From the NCBI GenBank assembly GCA_029858565.1, contig JAOUEV010000080.1:1-12534 (forward strand): a DNA stretch of 12,534 nt, written 5' to 3'. The notes beneath the pieces are model-generated. The model searched no databases and was not told the origin of the DNA. It saw only the letters and a program-made list of their open reading frames with translations. The DNA is from Nitrospirota bacterium. Its GTDB lineage: Bacteria; Nitrospirota; UBA9217. Positions 9,101 to 12,534 of the stretch are shown here, one piece after another (positions within the stretch are counted from its first letter, which is position 1; every line of letters begins with the position of its first letter). The position numbers and the translations under genes are program-made.

Positions 9101-10060
9101 CAGATCGGTGATCCCCGTGTTGATCGCGCTCCAGGCGGCGCCGCGGTCCGTGCTCTTGAACACCCCGCTCGTCGTTCCGGCGTAGATCATCTGATCGGCA
9201 GCATACCCGGGGGAGATCGCGAACGCATAGACGGTCTGGTTCGTCAGGCCCGTATTCACGGCGCTCCAGGCTGCGCCGCCGTTCGTGCTCCGGAACACGC
9301 CGCCGCCCAGCGAGGCTGCGAACAGGGTCCCGTCAGCGGCGAAGTTCGGCGAGAGAGCGACGGCGAATATCCGCAGGTTCGTGATGCCGCTGTTCACCGC
9401 GGTCCAGTTCGCTCCTGCGTTCGTGCTTTTCCGTACGCCGTAACCGTTCGTTCCAAGGTAGATCGTCTGGTCCGTCGAAAAAACGGGTGACAGGGCAATC
9501 GAGTAGACCGCCGCCCCGGGGTTATACACGAAGCTCCAGCTCGCCCCGCCGTTTACGCTCTTATAGACGCCATTTTCCGTTCCCGCATAGATCGTCTGGT
9601 CCGTCGCATAGTTCGGGGAAAGGGTGAGCCCGTAGATGCGCTTGTCCAGCGTTCCGCCATTTACGGCGCTCCACGTAGCGCCGCCGTCCGTGCTCTTGAA
9701 CACCCCGCCGGTGCTCCCCCCTGCGAAGACGGTCTGGTCCGTCTGGTAGCCGGGCGAGAGAGCAAGTGCCCGGATATAGAGATCCGTGATCCCCGTGGAA
9801 GCAAGGCTCCAGGTCACGCCCCCATCGACACTCTTGTAGACGCCGTTGGAATACGTACCTGCGAAGAGCGTCTGATCGTTGGCGTAGGCCGGCGATACAG
9901 CCAGGGCATAGGTATATGCGCCGTAAGGTCCGGTCGTTGTCCACTGGTTCGCTCCGGCCATGGCTGTTTGCGGCACGAGAGCAAAGGCAACGACGATGGA
10001 CAGTAACAAAAGGACACCCATGATGCGTCTTCTCTTCCCTGCGACCACAACTCGGCTCAT
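185..10060 (-). CDS. Giant secreted/surface protein (~3291 aa): signal peptide, 14-blade Asp-box (BNR) beta-propeller region, two beta-sandwich linker domains, 23 Y_Y_Y/Ig-like repeats; probable adhesin or surface-matrix protein
   Basis: Uninterrupted 9.9-kb ORF with clearly modular translation. ATG at 10060 is preferred over the adjacent TTG at 10063 because AGGGGG (10074-10069) lies 8 nt upstream. There is a promoter upstream and a terminator downstream. Function is inferred from architecture only. Confidence 0.93.
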   Translation of the reverse strand: MSRVVVAGKRRRIMGVLLLLSIVVAFALVPQTAMAGANQWTTTGPYGAYTYALAVSPAYANDQTLFAGTYSNGVYKSVDGGVTWSLASTGITDLYIRALALSPGYQTDQTVFAGGSTGGVFKSTDGGATWSAVNGGTLDKRIYGLTLSPNYATDQTIYAGTENGVYKSVNGGASWSFVYNPGAAVYSIALSPVFSTDQTIYLGTNGYGVRKSTNAGANWTAVNSGITNLRIFAVALSPNFAADGTLFAASLGGGVFRSTNGGAAWSAVNTGLTNQTVYAFAISPGYAADQMIYAGTTSGVFKSTDRGAAWSAINTGITDLNIRALATSPAHATDHILFAGSSTGGGVHKSTDRGANWVRTAAGLTNLHVYSLASSPDYATDRTILAGTNGGAGIYRSTDGGVSWSDSGAGITNSPVHAIAFSPDYAYDRTVFAGTNGGGVFKSTDGGVTWTSTNTGLTGLFVYGVTISPAYVSDQTVFAATSSAGVFRSTDGGATWSAVNAGSGTATMKALAISPDFANDRTVFAGSFGNGALYRSTDGGSNWSTVLANVEAMALAVSPDYAADRTIYAGNSNGIILKSIDNGLSWTLSNTGLGSQTVRSMHLSPAYGSDHTVYAATDNGGIYKSVNDGGSWSAMNTGLANLSAFAVMVPPTYASDQTVFAGVRSSVYGYQNTLPTTLASAAGYRFGTWTALGTVAVSLSATDRSGTGIAAGYPRVCIDSSGTCTPTSAYAGPLTVTCAAGSSCVQYVRFYSADNGGGIEPVVSMAVRQDAAAPVTTASPAGGSYTAPQNVVLTCLDVAGSGCAETYYSVDGSEPTQSSARYTGPITIDGTATLKFRSIDAAGNLEQRVASEVYSLVAASATLAASPAGAQVVGTPLTFTAQGNGGSGTYEYRFYRKLSTDAKWTLVRDYASPNTWTWDTAGATPGVYTVKVSVRCAGSTASQEAYATASCSLVTEAPATGAALSASPTGVQMIGTPLIFTASGSGGSGTYEYQFLYKLSTDAKWTVGRPYDPQNAWTWDTTGIAAGVYSVKVMVRNAGSAASMEASATIAAVLVTEAPATAATLVSDLRSPQPMGTSILFTAAGAGGSGSYEYRFQLKGPGATVWTTMQQYSSLNTWLWDTSSGEPGLYTIMVQVRNTGSAASSETSKSMGYLLMLLPPATGVDLTTTSTSPTMRGQIGFTAAAQGGTGAYEYRFLVKHSAAADWTVAREYDPNGFWTWDAVDALQWPAGRYSIQVQARSAGNSTSADVSKTVYLVIADMPPATLLTLASERPSPLMQGQTVIFTAQAYGNGPSGFEYQFRVKDAAGAIVYSYPEPGSWMALGQGQPFSNWYASPAGTYTIQVLARAIGSGTEYDVMQSLPFTWTELEPAKALTLETNVASPVLWPQAVNFTAQAYGGNSCDYEYGYIVKDSSGATIVPQQGTMEWQRYCTLTTLSWTPDQPGTYTVQVLARTPGRQPGDNGYDVTRSMVFTWSQVRPATSLSLSADLPSPWNRFLGTPLISAQAHGGDGTYEYRFVVKDSAGKVVPSSDPFQNGWVNLGPEMAVLALDPGKPGNYTILAMARSVGSGTAYDVKETLSFTLTDYDPARSVVLTANMLGPSPAPPQQVGFWAQATGSTGPYEYKYQVVDGSGTVVYPLPGAEHPWSLESGLFWGPQSAGRFVIQVKARVQFGGREIGDDSFDVSDAMEFTWSNNGPVKSVSIWADQPSPRSRGYGSTTFGAQAWSDNGSSFEYRFLLKDSTGVTIDPVPNWDIPWKTDAGFSWTPPKAGTYTIIVMARTLSGLSSYDPFSEASDSLEFTWTDSEPARSVSMVPDRPSPQRMTEGPVNFAAVATGSMTGYEFRYQVLDSTGAVVYTSVDQPSNPWTTNNSFSWKPARAGKYALQVFARSMGGRLAEDANYDVTSATSFTWTDIDPATSLVLTSDLAGPVSYNRPVQFTAQASSPYTSSFEYRFVVKDAKGNVVYDSQQGPGIWSATNTIIWSPVAWEQAGQYTITAYTRGIGNPQQYDDSYDVSKSLSFTWTRNENLKRIALTADRVSPVSYGYQVLFKAEPYPDWGGYEYRFVVTDSKGNVVHAPQPSWSGTSTLSWSPWKAGTYRVQVFARQYSSWLPGDDTYEAADFLEFTWANNDEPVMRVSLTADQASPVASSSLVTFTAQPFGSAYGYAEYRFLVKDAEGRLYYDSASNYPSDMPFSPTNTFSWSAWRAGTYSIEVQARSGWRPLNDASYDVSEAISFTWSGSSEPATGVSLIPNYPSPHYRYGEAVTFTAQASGSSANAYEYRFIARDSAGAVAAVMPMQGWSGTNAFIWSPGKYGNYSVQVLARSAGRQPSDDSYDVSRTLSYTWSDMEPATSLRLIPDLPSPQLRQGPVVTFTAHASGGIGGYDYRFIVKDSEGNVVYQRTYYLPYEREWVPWNTFAFTPSKAGRYSIQVFVRTVSPAYENDSRYYDVTATTTFVWSDEEPATMLSLSANRPSPWNRSDGNGEGMVSFVAEALGGWGSYEYRFEVRDSSGTVMFAAPADYPGWGSHWQDWNSLGWVPSRAGTYTVQAFARTLGSRQFNDPNYDVTSSMSFTWSEVTPATSVSLMADRPSPWIRSQGPVTLTAQAAGGAGNYEYQFSVRDSAGNIVSGIPAANSWAGNVLTWSPAQPGNYLVRVLARSMGSGTDYDALSEMPFVISDAAPTTAVTLSSDVPSPAQRGVITFTAAAQGGSGSYEYRYLVRSAKTLAWTTVRDYGADPSFFWYPYDYNQWPAGSCLVRVQARSVGSGTEYDVLTDMPFIIADNVPVTSVSLSSPVQSPAQRGSIQFAANAQGGTGPAEYLFIVKHAASGRQVATSAFYQQNGTWYWDTSSAAATPDGTYAVQVLARNSDGSGTEYDAMDAKEYVIYSITPAASVALSIDQPSPVLRAVGNVTLTATAQGGEGGYEYRFLVKSSTDVRWTVLQEYLGGQSSVLWSVTNMPPGRYTVKAMVRSWGNRTEYDAVATSEIIIANVLPAASVDLGADRAMPVLRSIGNMTFTAAAQGGTGTYEYQFLIKRDGDARWVLLQDYKVNPTFTWDFLNSAWWPAGTYTVQVQARSLGSGMPFDASATMAVALSETTPAEAVAVTVNPSGAQIIGTPILFTAAGSGGSGTYEYKYLYKLSTDTKWSLGRDYELQNAWTLETAGRLAGVYTVKVMVRNAGSVAGVEAYVTASCSLVESAPATGATITALLRGPQPAGILVPLTATGQGGSGTYEYKYLYKLSTDTKWTIGREYSTDAAWNWDTTGLTAGTYTVKVMVRNAGSAAALEAYKTLGYGIQ
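188..7490 (-). repeat. 23 tandem ~100-110-aa Y_Y_Y (triple-tyrosine)/Ig-like beta-sandwich repeats
   Basis: Recurring pattern PAxxxxLxxxxxSP...FTAxAxGGxGxYEYRF...W...W.P..xGxYxxxVxxR, with 23 copies of the YEYRF-like motif counted in the translation. The family name is assigned by motif resemblance. Confidence 0.82.
7495..8047 (-). other. Two Cys-containing beta-sandwich linker domains (Fn3-associated / chitobiase C-terminal-like)
   Basis: APVTTASPAGGSY...VVLTC.D..GSGC..TYYSVDGSEPT..S..YTGPITI..T.TLKFRSIDAAGNLE matches the CHB_HEX_C_1/Fn3_assoc pattern. The preceding unit has a related ending (YVRFYSADNGGGIE) and four Cys. Boundaries are approximate. Confidence 0.7.
8048..9950 (-). repeat. 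14 tandem ~46-aa Asp-box/BNR beta-propeller blades (likely two 7-bladed propellers)
   Basis: Consensus xALAxSPxYAxDxTxFAGTxxGGVFKSTDGGxxWxxxNxGLT, with 13 full copies counted by eye plus a 14th lacking its last strand. The N-terminal NQWTTTGP could supply that strand. DNA-level repeats such as CCGTGCTCTTGAACACCCCG occur near 8730, 9150 and 9690. Confidence 0.88.
9956..10060 (-). other. Sec-type (SPase I) signal peptide
   Basis: MSRVVVAGKRRR (basic n-region), IMGVLLLLSIVVAFALV (hydrophobic h-region), PQTAMA|G (A-x-A cleavage site); no lipobox Cys. Confidence 0.8.
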
Positions 10061-10270
10061 CAACTGATCCCCCTATGCCAAGAATTCATGGACCACCTGC
10101 AGGCTGTTCCATGCCCTCGAAAACAGTGCTTGTTACGAAGCAGGTCCTGTCACGAAGCGCTCAGTATCGTTATCGTTCAGCGCATATTCCGTTCTTCGAT
10201 AAAGGAAAAAAACCGGGTATTCATCCTTTCACCTTTGTCGGGAAGGATGTGCCCTGATATTGCAATTGCA

Positions 10271-10299
10271 ACTATATTATTAGATAGGTTTCAGGTCAA
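10271..10299 (-). promoter_or_regulatory. Sigma70-type promoter for the giant gene
   Basis: Minus strand TTGACC (10299-10294), 17 bp spacer, TATAGT (10276-10271). Both hexamers match consensus at 5/6 with optimal spacing, in an AT-rich patch facing the gene. Confidence 0.75.
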
Positions 10300-10389
10300 G
10301 TTCTATCAGGGATGTTGCAGGGTATTTTTCGGGCAGGAAAAAAGGTGACACCAAAAAGATGGGTGCATTATAGTGCAACAGGGAGCAAG

Positions 10390-12021
10390 TCAGGTTTTCG
10401 TTACAGTCTTCTTATACGCCCCCTGAATCTCCTCGAACGCCGTCATCGCGGCCATGGATCCCTGGGCAACGGCGACCACGATCTGCTTCATGCCGCCGGT
10501 GATATCGCCGGCAGCGTAGACAAAAGGAAGTGCCGTGCGCATGGTGGTGAGGTCCGTCTTGATATAACCTTCCGGCGAGAGTTCGAGGCCGAGCATCCGG
10601 GCGATCTCGGTGTTCGGCACATAGCCGATAGCCACGAACAGGCCGTCGGCATCGACCTCCATGGTCTTGCCTTCTTTCGTGTTCTCGATCTTGAGGGACC
10701 TGACGGACTTGTCGCCCTTGACCTCCCGCACTTCGCTGTTCCAGAGGATCGGAATGCCGGTCTGCTTCAGGCTCTCCTGCAACCTCGCTTCAGCGCGCAG
10801 GCTTTCCTTCCAGTGCACCAGCGTCACTTTTGCGCCAAGGTTGTGCAGATAGAGCGCGTCGGTCACCGCGGTGTTGCCGCCGCCGACGACATATACCTTC
10901 TTCCCTTCCTTGAAAAAGTAGCCGTCGCAGGTAGCGCAGTAGGAGACCCCTTTGCCGTAGAACTTCTGCGCTCCCGGCGCAGGGAGCGCGCGGTTGCCCA
11001 CGCCGGTCGCGATGACCAGCCCCTTGGTAATGTAAATCCCCTGGCTGGTCTTGAGGTAGTACTTGCCGTCCTGCTTGTCCCGCTTCACCTCGAGCACCTG
11101 CTCGCCCTGGTGGATCTCGGAATACTGGGCAGCCTGCTGGGCGATCAGGTCCACCAGGCTCTTGCCGCCGATGCGCATGAAACCGGGGTAGTTCTCCACC
11201 AACGGAGTAATGGCGATCTGACCGCCGAGGGTGGCCTTCTCGATCACCACGCAATCAAGGCCGGCGCGAGTAGCGTAGATAGCAGTGGTCAGACCGGCCG
11301 GTCCCCCGCCGATTATCACCAGGTCCTTTTCCTGCGGTTCGCCGGAGATCTGCGCGGTGTCACCCTGCGGTTCCTTGAGCGTAAAAAGCGATTCAAGGAA
11401 CCACGGCTCAGGCTGGAGTCCGGCGCCGGTGAACCGGTCGTTGATCATGGTCTGGGGAACCGCTGTGGAGCCCAGCTTGTCGGCAAGATCCTTGTTCTCG
11501 TAGATCTCGACAGTCTCGGCGGAAACGAACTCCGGTCTCGCGACCGCGGCGGACATGGCAGCAAGGACCTGCTGCGGACAATAAGGTCAGGTGGGACTGA
11601 CAAAGACCTGGATATGACGCCTGTCGCGGAGTTCGGCGATCTTTTTTAATCCCGGTTCGGACAGAACGCTTTTGCCGGTTGACGCCATCATGATGGCGAG
11701 CAGTAGGGACCTGCCTTCTTCGCCCACAGGCGCGCCGGTGAACCGGAGGCTATATTTGTCCGGTGCGATCAGGATCGTAGGCGACCGGGTCACATTGCGC
11801 TTGTTCGCATGGTCGTCGCCTACCATGTGGTAGGAGACCTTGAGCTTGTCTGTCAGGCCTGCAAGGGTCTTGATCAGCCGGATCACCGCGTCGTTGTACT
11901 GGTCGTTCATCCCCGCCAGCGTGTAGACCTCGATGGCCACGTCGTCCTTCATGTTGTTGAAGAAGGTCTCTTTGATCGTCTTCTTGACTTCGTCGGATAT
12001 GAGCTCGTGCTCTTCGGCCAT
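10390..12021 (-). CDS. Selenocysteine-containing thioredoxin reductase fusion (PDO/AhpF N-terminal-like double Trx fold with UPYC, plus TrxB-type FAD disulfide reductase), 543 aa; TGA at 11589-11587 read as Sec
   Basis: ORFs 11587..12021 and 10390..11556 are in the same frame and separated only by TGA, giving IQVFVSPT-U-PYC-PQQVLAAMSAA, a Trx-fold CxxC with the first Cys encoded by TGA. A SECIS-like hairpin lies 11 nt downstream. There is a strong RBS (GAGGTGA) before ATG 12021. The reductase part has GGGPAG, CATC, GGGNTA and YAAGD motifs. Confidence 0.9.
11558..11575 (-). promoter_or_regulatory. Bacterial SECIS element
   Basis: UGA + 11 nt (CCUUAUUGUCC) + GCAGCAGGUCCUUGCUGC. GCAGCA pairs with UGCUGC around a GGUCCU apex. 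The spacing and the GCAGGUC apex resemble the E. coli fdhF SECIS. Confidence 0.78.
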
Positions 12022-12054
12022 GGGATCACCTCAGTACAAGTCTACGTATTTTTC

Positions 12055-12088
12055 TTTGCCACGGATGAACACGGATAGACACGGATAC
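12055..12088. repeat. Left inverted-repeat arm with three 10-bp-periodic CACGGAT units
   Basis: TTTGCCACGGATGAACACGGATAGACACGGATAC, with CACGGAT at 12060, 12070 and 12080; directly abuts the GxxExxY stop codon. Confidence 0.9.
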
Positions 12089-12457
12089 CTAAAACACCAG
12101 ACGCTTCCATTCAAGCCTTGGCTTTCCGAAATTAAGCAAGAGACCAACCTTCATGCCAGTTGCTTTCAGATAATTGACCAACTGAGCCTCATGTTCGCCG
12201 GAGAGCGTCTTTGCAGACTTAAGTTCCAGCACAACCTGTCCTTCCACGACAATATCCGCGTAAAAATCGCCCACGGTTTGTCCGCGAAACAGAACCTTGA
12301 GCGGAACCTGTTCTTGGACATCCAACCCGGCCTGCTGGAACGCAATAACAAGTGCCTTGTGATACACACTTTCGAGGAAGCCGTGCCCCAGCTCATTCAA
12401 CACTTCGAAGCTGACTCCCAGTATCTTCTCGGTCAATTTCTCATGATGCAAGGTCAT
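12089..12457 (-). CDS. GxxExxY protein (PD-(D/E)xK nuclease superfamily), 122 aa
   Basis: ELGHGFLESVY signature (G-F-L-E-S-V-Y), catalytic-type ADIVVEGQVVLELKS (D...ExK), HEAQLVNYLKAT and GLLLNFG; length is typical of the family. Confidence 0.92.
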   Translation of the reverse strand: MTLHHEKLTEKILGVSFEVLNELGHGFLESVYHKALVIAFQQAGLDVQEQVPLKVLFRGQTVGDFYADIVVEGQVVLELKSAKTLSGEHEAQLVNYLKATGMKVGLLLNFGKPRLEWKRLVF

Positions 12458-12462
12458 GTGCT

Positions 12463-12487
12463 TCTATCCGTGTGTATCCGTGGCAAA
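12463..12487. repeat. Right inverted-repeat arm with two ATCCGTG units
   Basis: TCTATCCGTGTGTATCCGTGGCAAA. Its reverse complement TTTGCCACGGATACACACGGATAGA matches 12055-12079 at 23/25 positions. It lies 5 nt from the GxxExxY start codon. Confidence 0.9.
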
Positions 12488-12534
12488 TCGGCATTGTGTC
12501 TCGCTCTTCCATCCTGAGCACTTGGCTACTTTAT

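Larger units (their letters stand above)
12055..12487 (-). mobile_element. Putative 433-bp IR-bounded GxxExxY mobile cassette
   Basis: A single nuclease-fold gene fills almost exactly the space between 25-bp inverted repeats and sits in an intergenic position. No target-site duplication is visible. Mobility is inferred. Confidence 0.55.

Noticed and set aside
113-9490. Many long plus-strand and alternate-frame ORFs (e.g. 113..1090, 3833..4711, 7610..8938)
   Set aside because: Shadow ORFs of a GC-rich repetitive gene. The translations are Arg/Gly/Pro-rich with no recognisable motifs and overlap the well-supported minus-strand CDS.
10019-10040. KRRR as a Tat signal
   Set aside because: It lacks the S/T-R-R-x-F-L-K context, and the strongly hydrophobic h-region and protein size fit Sec export better.
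10075-10348. Small plus-strand ORFs 10075..10257 and 10088..10348; also a sigma54 promoter or c-di-GMP riboswitch in this region
   Set aside because: The ORFs have no RBS or motifs and overlap the promoter and leader. I found no correctly spaced GG-N10-GC sigma54 consensus or GEMM motif by eye.
10330-10389. Terminator after the reductase gene
   Set aside because: Only weak 4-5 bp stems (CACC/GGTG, TGCA/TGCA) lie near the T-runs, which is insufficient for a call.
11587-11589. TGA as a true stop or nonsense mutation (two genes or a pseudogene)
   Set aside because: It occupies the catalytic Cys position of a CxxC motif, is followed by a SECIS-like hairpin, and the downstream ATG at 11556 has no RBS. 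Sec recoding explains it better.
12055-12088. Tandem CACGGAT units as a CRISPR array
   Set aside because: The units are 7 bp at 10-bp period with no spacers and no cas genes.
10312-12517. Plus-strand ORFs 10312..11649, 11809..12078 and 11933..12517
   Set aside because: Antisense to clearly recognisable reductase and GxxExxY genes, with no independent support.

Overview
GC-rich bacterial window in which all credible genes lie on the minus strand. In transcription order (right to left): (1) a 122-aa GxxExxY PD-(D/E)xK nuclease-like gene tightly bracketed by 25-bp inverted repeats built from 10-bp-periodic CACGGAT units, which looks like a minimal 433-bp mobile cassette; (2) a 543-aa selenoprotein that the ORF track splits at an in-frame TGA. 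It is a PDO/AhpF-NTD double-thioredoxin module with a U-P-Y-C site and a SECIS-like hairpin, fused to a thioredoxin reductase; (3) an intergenic region with a near-consensus sigma70 promoter, palindromes and a ~200-nt leader; (4) a ~3290-aa secreted protein with 14 Asp-box beta-propeller blades, two Cys-containing beta-sandwich linkers and 23 nested ~100-aa Y_Y_Y-like repeats, with no recognisable anchor; (5) its intrinsic terminator, followed immediately by the 5' end of a group IIC intron that runs off the left edge. All calls come from reading the sequence by eye; no searches were run.
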